From Acidobacteriota bacterium (lineage in GTDB: Bacteria; Acidobacteriota; Terriglobia; Bryobacterales; Bryobacteraceae): a DNA stretch of 52,255 bases. Positions 7,291-19,109 of this stretch are shown here, one piece after another. How positions within the stretch are numbered: the stretch's first letter is position 1; every line of letters begins with the position of its first letter. The notes below the pieces were generated by a model. It ran no database searches. It was not told the DNA's origin and was given only the letters and a program-made list of their open reading frames with translations. A program made the position numbers and the translations under genes. The stretch spans positions 1-52,255 of the forward strand of contig JACOTZ010000166.1 in NCBI GenBank assembly GCA_016178155.1, in the 5' to 3' direction.

Positions 7291-8816
7291 GCGACCATCC
7301 GCCGGCGGATTCCGCCGCGACAGACTCACTCCGCGACCCTGGTGAATTCCCCTATACCCGGGGCATCTATCCCGAGATGTACCGGGCGCGGCCTTGGACC
7401 ATGCGCCAGTACGCCGGTTTTGGCACCGCGGATCAGAGCAACGCGCGCTATCGGTATCTGCTCTCTCAGGGCATCACCGGCCTTTCGATCGCCTTCGATC
7501 TGCCAACCCAGATGGGGCTCGACTCCGACCATCCCCTCGCCGTGGGTGAAGTCGGTCGCGTTGGGGTCGCCATCTGCTCGCTGGCCGACATGCAGCGACT
7601 GCTGGATGGTATCGAACTCGAGCGCATCACCACCTCGATGACCATCAACTCCACGGCGGCCATCCTGCTCTCCTGTTATGTGCTGGTCGCACGCGCCCAG
7701 GGCGCCGACCTCCGCCGCTTGTCGGGCACGGTTCAAAACGACATCCTGAAGGAATACATTGCCCGGGGGACGTACATTTACCCGCCCCGGCCGGCGATGC
7801 GTCTGATCACGGACCTCTTCGACTGGGCGGGCCGCGAGCTGCCGCAGTGGAATACCATCTCGATCAGCGGCTACCATATCCGCGAGGCCGGTTCCACGGC
7901 CATCCAGGAAGTCGCCTTCACCCTGGCGAATGCTGTCGCCTACATCGAGGCCGCCATCGCCGCGGGGCTCGAGGTCGATTCCTTTGCGCCGCGCATTTCG
8001 TTCTTCTTTAACTCCCATAGCAACTTTCTCGAGGAGATCGCGAAGTTCCGCGCCGCCAGGCGTCTCTACGCGCGCTTGATGCGGGAGCGCTTCGGCGCGC
8101 GCGAGCCGCGCTCGGCAATGCTGCGCTGTCACGCCCAGACGGCCGGCTCCACTCTGACCGCGCAACAGCCCGACCTGAACATCGTGCGCGTCACGTTGCA
8201 GGCGCTCGCGGCTGTCCTCGGGGGGACACAGTCGCTGCACACGAATGCGCGGGACGAAGCGCTCGCGCTGCCGTCGGAGGAATCGGCCAAGCTCGCGCTG
8301 CGTACCCAACAGATCATCGCGCACGAGAGCCGCGTCAGCTCTACCGCCGATCCCGCCGGCGGCAGCTCCTGCATCGAGCAGCTCTCGGACCAGATCGAAC
8401 GCGGCGCCCGCGAGTACATCGAGCGCATTGATTCCATGGGCGGAATGCTCGCCGCCATCGAGAACGGTTACGTCCAGGCCGAAATCCACCGCGCCGCCTA
8501 CGAGTATCAGCGCAAGATCGACTCTGGTGAGATTGCCGTGGTGGGGGTGAATCGCTTTGTCAGCGAGGAGAAGGGAGACATCGGCATCTTTCGCCTTGAT
8601 CCCGAGCTCGAGCGCCGCCAGGTTGAACGGCTCCGCGAGTTGCGCGTCTCGCGCAGTGCAGCATCGCTCTGCTCCGCCCTGAGGCGCCTGGAGGCTGCCG
8701 CGCGCGGCTCGGATAACCTCATGCCCCACATGCTCGAGGCCGTAGCCGCCTACGCCACTGTGGGGGAGATCTCGGACACGCTCCGCCGCGTGTTCGGCGA
8801 ATACAGGGAAGCGTAA
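7287..8816 (+). CDS. Methylmalonyl-CoA mutase family, catalytic (N-terminal) subunit only
   Basis: [57 protein letters not shown] is the canonical acyl-CoA mutase core. The protein ends before any B12-binding domain. Confidence 0.9.
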   Translation: MSDHPPADSAATDSLRDPGEFPYTRGIYPEMYRARPWTMRQYAGFGTADQSNARYRYLLSQGITGLSIAFDLPTQMGLDSDHPLAVGEVGRVGVAICSLADMQRLLDGIELERITTSMTINSTAAILLSCYVLVARAQGADLRRLSGTVQNDILKEYIARGTYIYPPRPAMRLITDLFDWAGRELPQWNTISISGYHIREAGSTAIQEVAFTLANAVAYIEAAIAAGLEVDSFAPRISFFFNSHSNFLEEIAKFRAARRLYARLMRERFGAREPRSAMLRCHAQTAGSTLTAQQPDLNIVRVTLQALAAVLGGTQSLHTNARDEALALPSEESAKLALRTQQIIAHESRVSSTADPAGGSSCIEQLSDQIERGAREYIERIDSMGGMLAAIENGYVQAEIHRAAYEYQRKIDSGEIAVVGVNRFVSEEKGDIGIFRLDPELERRQVERLRELRVSRSAASLCSALRRLEAAARGSDNLMPHMLEAVAAYATVGEISDTLRRVFGEYREA

Positions 8817-8878
8817 GCACGCGTCTCGACGCCGCGGCTATCAGCCGCCGCCCCCCGCGCCCCCCCGCACACTCCGCG

Positions 8879-10096
8879 CTAGAGGGGGAGAATCTCCTCG
8901 CGATCCGGATCGAACTTGATCCGCCTCTTCTGCACGTACGCGATGTTGCCGAGATGTGACGCTTGCGCCGACCGGTGCCCGATCCAGACGTCCCCGTTCG
9001 GCAGTTTTCGCGTGCGCACACAATCGAGGAAATTTTCGACGTGATCGATCGTCTGGTCGTGCTCGGAGTTCACGACGATCGGCGCGGCCCCTTTCTCCTT
9101 CGAGTGGAACTCGTACTTCGCCCGCGTAATGTAGAGCCGCCCCTCGGTGCCGCAAAGCTCAACCGCCGCACCCGTGATCCCCGGCGCGAGAGTCGCCTCG
9201 AAGGTCGCCGTCCACTCGCCAGGATACTCCAACAGTACGTTAATCGTGTCCGGCGCCGTGCGGCCGTCTTTATAGTGGTACACGCCGCCCGCGGCAACCG
9301 CTGAAGTGGGATTGTCCTGATCCATGAACATGTGCACCACGTCGATCCAGTGCGTAAACAGGTCGGTCACCTGCCCGCCGCCGAAATCGAGGTACGCCCG
9401 GAAATTCCAATACTGCTGCGGATCCCACTCGCGCCACTTCACCGGCCCGAGAAAACGCGCCCAATCGAGATCGGAAGGCCGTGCCGCCAGCCGCGCCGGC
9501 GCCTTCTGCAAATGCGCGCCGTTACCGTGCCACCACGTCCGCGCCAGCGTCACCTTCCCCAGCTTGCCCGCCTTTACGATCTCTTCTTTCGCGCGCAGGT
9601 AGTGCTTGCCGGAGCGTTGCTGCATGCCGACCTGGCAGATCCGGTTGTTCACCCGCGCCGCCTTCACGATCTTTGGACCTTCCTCGATTTTTAAGGTCAG
9701 CGGCTTCTCGACGTACACGTCCTTTCCGGCATTCAGCGCGTCGATTGCGATCAGGGAATGCCAGTGGTCGGGCGTGGCCACCAGCACGGCGTCCAGGTTT
9801 GGCGACTCGAGCAGTTTGCGATGATCACTGAACGCTTTTGCGCTGATCGCGGTCTTGCGCGCCCGGTCTGTACGCTCGGGCCAGACGTCGCAGACCGCCG
9901 GCACCTCCACCCGATCCGTTTTGATGAAGGTGTTCATCACCCCCACACCACGGCCGCCGCAGCCGATCAGACCCAGACGGATGCGGTCGTTCGCGCCGCG
10001 AATCCTCGCGTAGGAGGCCGCGGTCGCGGCTGCGGCGGTCCGAATCGCCGTGCGTCTCGTGACGCCGATCTCCCGGACGAACTCAATGGTGGACAT
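8879..10096 (-). CDS. Tat-exported Gfo/Idh/MocA family oxidoreductase
   Basis: Twin-arginine N-terminus (VTRRTAIRTAAAATAASYA) followed by the Rossmann motif RLGLIGCGGRG. Confidence 0.9.
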   Translation of the reverse strand: MSTIEFVREIGVTRRTAIRTAAAATAASYARIRGANDRIRLGLIGCGGRGVGVMNTFIKTDRVEVPAVCDVWPERTDRARKTAISAKAFSDHRKLLESPNLDAVLVATPDHWHSLIAIDALNAGKDVYVEKPLTLKIEEGPKIVKAARVNNRICQVGMQQRSGKHYLRAKEEIVKAGKLGKVTLARTWWHGNGAHLQKAPARLAARPSDLDWARFLGPVKWREWDPQQYWNFRAYLDFGGGQVTDLFTHWIDVVHMFMDQDNPTSAVAAGGVYHYKDGRTAPDTINVLLEYPGEWTATFEATLAPGITGAAVELCGTEGRLYITRAKYEFHSKEKGAAPIVVNSEHDQTIDHVENFLDCVRTRKLPNGDVWIGHRSAQASHLGNIAYVQKRRIKFDPDREEILPL

Positions 10097-10187
10097 AAGA
10101 ACGAATTATACAAAGCTGCCGCACATGAAAGAACCGCGAATCGCCGCGCCGCCGGTAAGCGCACGTCCGGCCGGTACAATCGAGGGG

Positions 10188-11513
10188 ATGGTGCACGTGA
10201 TCGGTGCGGGTCTCGCCGGCTCTGAGGCCGCCTGGCAGCTTGCCGGCGCGGCGATCGACGTCACCCTGCACGAGATGCGCCCGCACCACCAGACACCGGC
10301 TCACAAGACCGCCCAATTCGCCGAGCTCGTCTGCAGCAATTCGCTCAAGAGCGAGACCGAATGCAGCGCTCCCTGGCTGCTCAAAAACGAGCTGCGCAAA
10401 CTTGGGTCGCTCGTGCTCCGCGCCGCCGATCGCGCCCGTGTCCCCGGGGGCCACGCGCTCACCGTCGACCGCGACCTGTTTTCTGAAGAAGTCACCCGCG
10501 CCATCGAGTCCCATCCCCGCATCCGCATCCGCCGCGGCGAGGTAACTGCGATAGCGGAGGGCGATGCGGTGATCATCGCCACCGGGCCGCTCACCAGCGA
10601 TGCGCTGGCGGCCGCGATCGTCCGCGTCACCGGCTCCGAGCGCCTCTTTTTCTACGACGCCATCAGCCCCATCGTCGACGCGGAGAGTGTTGACATGTCG
10701 ATCGCCTTCCGCGCTTCGCGGTACGGTAAATCGCTCGACGGCACCGACGATTACGTGAACTGCCCGCTCAGCAGGGAAGAATACGAGCGCTTCGTCGACG
10801 CCGTCCTCGCCGGCCAAACCTACGAATCCCACTTTGACGAAAAGATCCCCTTCTTTGAAGCCTGCCTGCCGCTCGAAGAACTCGCGCGCCGTGGCCGCGA
10901 GACGCTGCGCTTTGGCCCCATGAAACCGGTCGGCCTCATCGATCCGCGCACCGGCCGCCGTCCCTATGCCGTCGTCCAGCTACGCCAGGAGAATCTCCGG
11001 GCCGACAGTTACAACCTGGTCGGATTTCAGAACCATTTGAAATTCGGCGAGCAGGCGCGCATACTGCGGTTGATACCGGGACTTGAAAACGCCGTGTTCC
11101 TGCGTTACGGCCAGATCCACCGCAACACATACATCAACGCGCCTGCCCTGCTGGATGGAGCGCTGCGGCTTCGAGCGAAGCCGCGCATTCTCTTCGCCGG
11201 ACAGATCTCCGGTGTTGAGGGGTACATCGAGGCCATCGCGACGGGCCTCATGGCCGGCCGCCACGCGGCCGCGCTCGTCACGGGGCAGCCTCTCAGTCTC
11301 TTCCCGCGTGAGACTGCGCTCGGCTCGCTCGCTCACTACATCGCCCACGCGGATGCGAGCGATTACCAGCCCGCGAACATCACTTTCGACCTGCTGCCGA
11401 AGCTCGATGAGGAGACGCGCCAGCGTCTCCGACACGACAAGAAAGCACGCCAGGCGGAAGTGTGCCGCCGCGCGCTGCAAGCCATGGACGAATACCTGGG
11501 GGTGTATGTCTGA
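10188..11513 (+). CDS. trmFO: Methylenetetrahydrofolate--tRNA-(uracil-5-)-methyltransferase
   Basis: ORF 10050.. trimmed to the ATG at 10188, giving MVHVIGAGLAGSEAAWQLA, the usual TrmFO N-terminus. Length is 441 aa. TACAAT lies about 9 nt upstream of the ATG. Confidence 0.9.
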   Translation: MVHVIGAGLAGSEAAWQLAGAAIDVTLHEMRPHHQTPAHKTAQFAELVCSNSLKSETECSAPWLLKNELRKLGSLVLRAADRARVPGGHALTVDRDLFSEEVTRAIESHPRIRIRRGEVTAIAEGDAVIIATGPLTSDALAAAIVRVTGSERLFFYDAISPIVDAESVDMSIAFRASRYGKSLDGTDDYVNCPLSREEYERFVDAVLAGQTYESHFDEKIPFFEACLPLEELARRGRETLRFGPMKPVGLIDPRTGRRPYAVVQLRQENLRADSYNLVGFQNHLKFGEQARILRLIPGLENAVFLRYGQIHRNTYINAPALLDGALRLRAKPRILFAGQISGVEGYIEAIATGLMAGRHAAALVTGQPLSLFPRETALGSLAHYIAHADASDYQPANITFDLLPKLDEETRQRLRHDKKARQAEVCRRALQAMDEYLGVYV

Positions 11514-12408
11514 CCGATCCCTGGCCGCGCTCGTCACCGGCTTTCTCGAAGCTCTGCGCCGCGAGAACGCCTCCGGCCATACGCTGCGCAATTACGCTGC
11601 CGATCTGAACCAGCTCGTCGACTACTTCAGCCCGCCGGGCGCCGCCATGCCTGCGATTGATGCCCTCGATCCGCTGGCTCTGCGCGAATGGCTGGGAGAT
11701 CTCTATCGCCGGCGGCTGAGCGCGGTCACGTTGCGGCGTAAACTCGCCGCTGTACGCTCGTTTTACCGCCACCTGCAGCGCGAGGGAATTGTCTCCACCA
11801 ATGTCGCCCGTTTGCTGCGCACGCCGAAGACACCCAAGACCTTGCCCGCCGTCCTCACCCCCGAGCAGACCAATGCGTTGCTCGATGGCATTGCGGCCGG
11901 CAAGCACGAACGGGGCAGCGCCGCCCGCGACCTCGCCATTTTCGAGATGCTTTACGGATGCGGCCTGCGCGTCGGCGAGCTGGCCGCCCTGAACCTCGAC
12001 GATATGGATCTGTCCGAGCGCTGGCTTCGCGTCCGCGGGAAGGGACGAAAGGAGCGCGAGGTGCCGCTTGGATCCAAAGCCGCCGCAGCCGTCGAGCGCT
12101 ATCTCGCCGAACGTCACTCCAAGCCCGGTGAGCGCGCCGTGTTTGTCAACGCCCGCGGCGCACGCCTCACCGATCGCGGCATTCGCGGCATCGTCAAGCT
12201 GTACGCCACCCTCATCGCCGCCGACTCCTCCATCCACCCGCACAGCTTCCGGCATGCCTACGCCACCCACCTGCTCGCCGACGGTGCCGATCTCCGCTCC
12301 ATCCAGGAGCTCCTCGGCCACGCCCGCCTTACAACGACTCAGAAGTATACGCAGGTCGCCCTGGCCGACCTCATGGCCGTCTACGACCGTACCCATCCAA
12401 AGGCGTAA
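11506..12408 (+). CDS. xerC: Tyrosine recombinase XerC/XerD family
   Basis: ORF 11083.. trimmed to the ATG at 11506, an 8-nt overlap with trmFO. Catalytic motifs GLRVGEL, HPHSFRHAYATHLL and LGHARLTTTQKYT. The trmFO-xerC adjacency is a conserved pairing. Confidence 0.85.
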   Translation: MSDRSLAALVTGFLEALRRENASGHTLRNYAADLNQLVDYFSPPGAAMPAIDALDPLALREWLGDLYRRRLSAVTLRRKLAAVRSFYRHLQREGIVSTNVARLLRTPKTPKTLPAVLTPEQTNALLDGIAAGKHERGSAARDLAIFEMLYGCGLRVGELAALNLDDMDLSERWLRVRGKGRKEREVPLGSKAAAAVERYLAERHSKPGERAVFVNARGARLTDRGIRGIVKLYATLIAADSSIHPHSFRHAYATHLLADGADLRSIQELLGHARLTTTQKYTQVALADLMAVYDRTHPKA

Positions 12409-12559
12409 CGCGCACAGCGATGTCCGGCATCCCGCAACATGGCTGTTCCGATCTTCTCTGCTCCGCGGATCGGCCGGCCGAGTGGCGCATTACAGGATTC
12501 AGAGATTGCGGGGAGCTGCAATTGTTGCCGACGCCTCTCCCCACAACCGTCTTGATGGT

Positions 12560-15500
12560 TCAGAAATGCAGGCGCAGGTTGTATTGCAGCTCACGGCCCT
12601 GCGTACCGGCTGCCATTGCCGTCACCCGCCCAAACGCTGAACTCGTCACATTGAGAACCGGATCAGCGCCGGAGAAGGTGTTGGTGAGGTTGTAAGCCTC
12701 CATTTTGAACTCCAACTGGATACGCTCGCTGATCCGGAAGAACTTGGCTACGTTGAAATCGATATTCTTGTAGCCGGGCCCTTGAATGCCCGCATACGAT
12801 TTCGGATTGGTCCGCACCTCGAACGCCGCGTTCGAGTTAAACCGAAAGGCGTTCGGGTCGAACATCCGTCCCCACTTGTCGGGGCTGTCGATCCGCGGCT
12901 CCCCCACCACGTCCATCTGCCCGAACCGCAGGCGGTTGCCCGCGTAATACCAATAAATGCCGCTCATGGTCCACCCGCCGAGGATGGCGTCGGCGATCGG
13001 ATGTGACTGCGACAGGAATCTCCGGCCGCGGCCGAACGGAAACTCATAGGTGCTGGCCAGGGTCATCCGATGGCGTGGCCGCTGCCCGTCCTCCCACCGG
13101 AACTGGTCGAAGAATTGTTCTTCTTTGTTGAAGAACTCCTCCTGCGATTCCCGGTTGTAGTTGTAGGCGAGCAGAAAATTGAAGCCGTTCGCGAAAGGAC
13201 GCTGGACGCGGAGTTGCAACGAGTGGTACCGCTCGTCTATGCCGTCTGTGTTCAACTGCTGGACCCCCGTGTAATGCGGAAATGGGCGGAGCAGGTCCTG
13301 AAGCGCCACCGTCCGCTGGTTGCGCAGGGGACCTCGCATCTGGTTCTCCGGCAGCAACCGGTAAAAGGGATTGGGAACTGTCTGCCTGAGCGCGGTTCTC
13401 TCGGTGTTGATGATTTGAGGATTCACTTGGTTGAGATTGAGCGTGTAAGGACGGTCGCGGCCGAGGTTGAAAAAGTACGTCGCCTCCACCAGGAAGCGCG
13501 CGACCGTTTCCCGCTGGAACGTGAAGTTAAACCGGTCGTTGACCCCAGTGACCAGGTCCCGCTTGTCCCAGGTGGCGCTGGCGCCCATCTGGGTATAACG
13601 GCCGTCGCCTTTGCCCACCGGAGGAATCACGGGATTAACCCCCGGCGGGAACGGATCGCTCAGCCGTTGCTGCGGTCTGCCCTCGAGGTTCGGCGCCACT
13701 GGCGTATTGGCTCCGAAGCCGGGCACCGGCGTGCTGCCGAGCACGTCGCTGTTGCGCTGCAGCACCGAGGGAGTGTTGAAGCGCGCGTAGCCGACGCGCA
13801 GCGAAGTGCGGTCGCTCAACCGAACGGCGATGCCGGCGCGCGGCAGCAGAATCATTCCCCGCGGGTCCCACATACCGCGGGTCTCTTCCTCAGTGAACAG
13901 CCACGCGCCGTTCCACTGATATGGCCGGTCCATCAGGGCTAGCGCCTGCGCCGGAATTCCTGGTTGGCCCGCTCCCTGGAACTCCGGAATCGGACTGGAG
14001 ACGTCCAGACCGCGAGAATAGCGGTTCGGCTCGAACCGGGATTCCCGATAGGTGCCGCCGCGATCGAAAATAGCGCCTTCATATTCATAGCGCAGCCCGA
14101 GGTTCAGCGTGACATTGCGGTTCAACTTGAAATCGTCCTGGATGTAGGCGCCGTAGTAGTGGGAAGTGTCCTTCTTGAACGGCTCGTGCCGGCCCCAGGA
14201 ATCTCCCGGATTCATCGCACCCAGCAGGAAGCTCGCCCAGGCGTCTCCACTGAGCCGGGTGTTGGGGCTCACGAACGTGTTCGCCGTCTCGTCGTCCCGG
14301 AACGAAAACCGGAAGGTCTGCGGGCGGATGGCGTCCACACGCAGCGTCCGGAGCTCGAACCCCGCCTTCAGGAAATGACGCCCGGCCTGGCGCGAGACCT
14401 TGACCGCATCGTAAAAGGCCTGGGGGTGCTGGAACCACCAGTTCGGTTTCCCGTACCCGCCGCCAGGGCTGCCGCCACCAATGTTGATTCCCGGATAGTA
14501 GAAGGGCGCGCCGAAGTCCAGATACCGGGTGTAGAAGTCTGTTGCGTTCGGGAAGAATTCCTTGTACGTGGCGAGACTCGCGTACTGCTCCGGGGCGTCG
14601 TAGTCGTCCACGTTAGAGATGTAGTTGCCCCGAACGTTGAGCACTGTGCGCGGGTTGATGGTCCAGACCACATCTCCGGAAACGTTCAGAGCGTGCATCG
14701 CGCCGCCATTAGGATTGGAGAACAACCGCGATTTGTTCGGCGTGTAGTCCAGGTCCTCCAGCTTCGTCCGGAAGCGGCTGAAACGGAAGAATGACCGCAC
14801 GTTCTCGCTGAGGATGAAGTCCGTGCGATTGCTTATGTTGTGGTAGTAGAGATTGCGCGTATAGGAGGCGGCAAAATTATCCCGCCCTGTGATATCGCTG
14901 CCCGGACGGTTCGGGTCCCACATCTCGGCCAGCAGCTTGAGCGACGTCGGATCCATGCGCGATCGGGGAATGACATTGCCCGGAAATGGCTCGCGAGTAG
15001 CCTGGCTTCCCTCGAGCCTTGAGGTCCAGGGATCGTAGATCGTGCGCAGGCCGCCATTGATGTTGAGCGACTGCGAAAAGTCGCCCTGTCTCTCGATCGC
15101 CGTCATCATGCGCCGCTGATCAAACTGCGGGTCCCTTTGCCGCCACTGCTCATAGGCGAAGAAGTTGAAAATCCGGTTCTTCTTTATGGGCTGGCCGATC
15201 GTGCCGCCCCAGATGTGATTCCGGACCAGGTTCGGAGCCCGACTGAGCGGGTTTGACACGGCGTTCAATGAGGGATTGCGGCCGAAATAGTAGGCAGTGC
15301 CGTGGACTTCGTTCGTTCCCGACTTCATTGAAACGTTCAGGACCCCACCCGAGCTGTGCCCGTATTCAGCATCGACGCTATTCTGCTGGACGGTAACCTC
15401 GGTTGTGTTGTCCATCGTGGGTGCATACGAGCTCTTGGGCCCGAGCATCACCGGCATGCCGTCCACCAGAACGTCGCTGGTCCGGCTCTGTGCTCCACCG

Positions 15501-16051
15501 ACTTCCACGGTGCTCGCCGCCCACATGAAGAAAGGATTCTTCTGAGCCGTGTACCGGCTGACCACAGCCGGATTCAGAAGCGCGAGCGTGAACGGGTTTC
15601 TCGCCACGATGGGCAGGCTATTGACCATCGTGTTATCGACCGTCAGTTCCATCGTGGTGGTGTTGAACTTGACCGCGACGGGCGACGCCGTGACCGTCAC
15701 CGTCTCCGCCACGCCGCCGACAACCAGCTTCGCGTTGACCGTCACGTCCGCGCGGTTCTCCACGAGCACGTTCTCCTGAAGGAACCGGTTAAACCCCTGC
15801 AGTTCGATGTTCACGGTATAGCTGCCCGGCTCCACGAGGTCGAACAGGTAATGACCCGTTGCATCGGTCAACCGGACCGCGGAAAAGCCTGTGTTGTTGT
15901 TTCTCAAAGTGACCGTCGCGCCCACGACGAGCGCGTTCGAGGAATCGCTGACCGTACCCTGAATCCTTCCCCGGTACTCCTGAGCCAATGCCAAACCGGC
16001 GCTGATCATCGACAGCGCAGGCAGGAGAACGTTGACTGTTAGGAATTTCAC
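12560..16051 (-). CDS. TonB-dependent outer-membrane receptor with N-terminal carboxypeptidase-regulatory-like domain (paralog 1)
   Basis: Signal peptide, then the GRIQGTVSD...GATVTL beta-sandwich, a plug region and a C-terminal barrel ending in LRLHF. GTG start with GGGGGGTGAG upstream. Confidence 0.9.
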   Translation of the reverse strand: MKFLTVNVLLPALSMISAGLALAQEYRGRIQGTVSDSSNALVVGATVTLRNNNTGFSAVRLTDATGHYLFDLVEPGSYTVNIELQGFNRFLQENVLVENRADVTVNAKLVVGGVAETVTVTASPVAVKFNTTTMELTVDNTMVNSLPIVARNPFTLALLNPAVVSRYTAQKNPFFMWAASTVEVGGAQSRTSDVLVDGMPVMLGPKSSYAPTMDNTTEVTVQQNSVDAEYGHSSGGVLNVSMKSGTNEVHGTAYYFGRNPSLNAVSNPLSRAPNLVRNHIWGGTIGQPIKKNRIFNFFAYEQWRQRDPQFDQRRMMTAIERQGDFSQSLNINGGLRTIYDPWTSRLEGSQATREPFPGNVIPRSRMDPTSLKLLAEMWDPNRPGSDITGRDNFAASYTRNLYYHNISNRTDFILSENVRSFFRFSRFRTKLEDLDYTPNKSRLFSNPNGGAMHALNVSGDVVWTINPRTVLNVRGNYISNVDDYDAPEQYASLATYKEFFPNATDFYTRYLDFGAPFYYPGINIGGGSPGGGYGKPNWWFQHPQAFYDAVKVSRQAGRHFLKAGFELRTLRVDAIRPQTFRFSFRDDETANTFVSPNTRLSGDAWASFLLGAMNPGDSWGRHEPFKKDTSHYYGAYIQDDFKLNRNVTLNLGLRYEYEGAIFDRGGTYRESRFEPNRYSRGLDVSSPIPEFQGAGQPGIPAQALALMDRPYQWNGAWLFTEEETRGMWDPRGMILLPRAGIAVRLSDRTSLRVGYARFNTPSVLQRNSDVLGSTPVPGFGANTPVAPNLEGRPQQRLSDPFPPGVNPVIPPVGKGDGRYTQMGASATWDKRDLVTGVNDRFNFTFQRETVARFLVEATYFFNLGRDRPYTLNLNQVNPQIINTERTALRQTVPNPFYRLLPENQMRGPLRNQRTVALQDLLRPFPHYTGVQQLNTDGIDERYHSLQLRVQRPFANGFNFLLAYNYNRESQEEFFNKEEQFFDQFRWEDGQRPRHRMTLASTYEFPFGRGRRFLSQSHPIADAILGGWTMSGIYWYYAGNRLRFGQMDVVGEPRIDSPDKWGRMFDPNAFRFNSNAAFEVRTNPKSYAGIQGPGYKNIDFNVAKFFRISERIQLEFKMEAYNLTNTFSGADPVLNVTSSAFGRVTAMAAGTQGRELQYNLRLHF

Positions 16052-16334
16052 GACTCACCCCCCCTAGTTCGCTACAACCGCACACTCGCAACCCCAGAGA
16101 GCACGCTGCATCCGCTGAGAGATTACTCTAAGGCTCCTCTGCGGTGGTGTCAACCCCCGGGATGCCCTGCGGAACTTGGGCCTTCAGAAGTGCGGTGAAG
16201 CGGTGGCCGGGGAGCTCTTGAAATAATCGCCGGAGGTCAGGACACCGCGCACGACCTCAACGCAGATCAAGATCGCGACCGCAGATCCGGTTTGGCCGCG
16301 GCCTGTGGACCAGAACGGCGATTCGCGGTGGAGG

Positions 16335-17135
16335 CTATCTTCCGCCCGGCTTCACACGTCGGGCAACGGGGCCGAAACCGTTTTTGGCGAGAATGCCCTG
16401 GCCCTCAGCTCCCATTAGAAATTGCAGAAACCGCCTCGATGCGGGCTTTTCGTTGCCCTGCCGCGTGAGTCCTGCCGACTGCTCGATAGGCGCGTGTAAA
16501 TGCTGGTCGACCAGCACCCCGTGGTTATTAAAGATGAGCCCCCAGGCCGTGACCGCCACCTCCGCGTTGCCGCTTTCGGCGAACTGGAGCGCTTGCCGCA
16601 CGTTTTCGCCGTAGACCACTTTCCCCTCGATCTTGGCCCAGAGCCCGGCTCGTTGCAGCGCCTGTCGTGCTGCCATCCCATAGGGCGCGTGGGCCGGGTT
16701 CGCCATCGCAATCCGCCGGACCCTCTCTCCAGTTAACTCCGCCCACGCGATTCTCGTCTTTGACCAGAGCCCCAGACGGCCGTACGCGTATGTGGCAACC
16801 GAATCCGGCACCAGCCACTCGGCTCCTGCAAGCTGGCTTACATATTGGGAATCGGCGGATAGAAACACATCATATGGAGCACCATGCCGGATCTGTTGCG
16901 CCAACATTCCCGAGGACCCCAGCACGAATTTAGCCCGGCATCCCGTGAGCTGCTGAAACCGCTCGGTTAGCTGCTCCCGGACAACCGCCAGATCGGCAGC
17001 GGCGCCGACCAGAACCTCGCATGAGCCAAGCCGCACTTCCTGCGCATACAATACTTGACAACACAACACTAAGATTTGATAATAAAGAAGGGCTGATAGT
17101 ACAGGAAGCGCGGCGAAGACAACTCTTCTCTTCAC
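16335..17135 (-). CDS. ModA-like periplasmic oxyanion-binding protein (orphan, no modBC nearby)
   Basis: Aligns by eye along the full length of E. coli ModA ([22 protein letters not shown]; [21 protein letters not shown]). Sec signal peptide present. Confidence 0.75.
   Translation of the reverse strand: MKRRVVFAALPVLSALLYYQILVLCCQVLYAQEVRLGSCEVLVGAAADLAVVREQLTERFQQLTGCRAKFVLGSSGMLAQQIRHGAPYDVFLSADSQYVSQLAGAEWLVPDSVATYAYGRLGLWSKTRIAWAELTGERVRRIAMANPAHAPYGMAARQALQRAGLWAKIEGKVVYGENVRQALQFAESGNAEVAVTAWGLIFNNHGVLVDQHLHAPIEQSAGLTRQGNEKPASRRFLQFLMGAEGQGILAKNGFGPVARRVKPGGR
17056..17084 (+). promoter_or_regulatory. sigma-70-type promoter of the dnaK operon
   Basis: TTGACA (17056-17061), 17-nt spacer, GATAAT (17079-17084), in an AT-rich patch. 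GGGAGG Shine-Dalgarno 8 nt before the dnaK ATG. Confidence 0.55.
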
Positions 17136-17162
17136 CAGATTCCCTTTCGGGAGGTTTTATAC

Positions 17163-19063
<1,901 letters not shown>

Positions 19064-19064
<1 letters not shown>

Positions 19065-19085
19065 GACAGGCCTCCGGGCCTGTCC
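19064..19085 (+). other. Intercistronic stem-loop between dnaK and dnaJ
   Basis: Perfect 9-bp stem GGACAGGCC/GGCCTGTCC with a TCCG loop, starting at the last base of the dnaK stop codon. No T-run follows, so it is more likely an attenuator or mRNA stabiliser than a full terminator. Confidence 0.5.
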
Positions 19086-19109
19086 TGCTGCTCGGTTCCG
19101 GTTCCGCTT

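Noticed and set aside
12451-12473. A shared TTCTCTGCTC(C)GC(C)GG motif between the xerC/receptor spacer and 39481-39497, as a second repeat family.
   Set aside because: The match is only about 13 nt with no extended flanking similarity. That is compatible with chance in GC-rich DNA.
17053-17076. CTTGACAACACAACACTAAG upstream of dnaK as a degenerate HspR (HAIR) operator.
   Set aside because: The right half matches the required inverted repeat at only 3 of 7 positions. It is better explained as the -35 hexamer plus spacer of the promoter.
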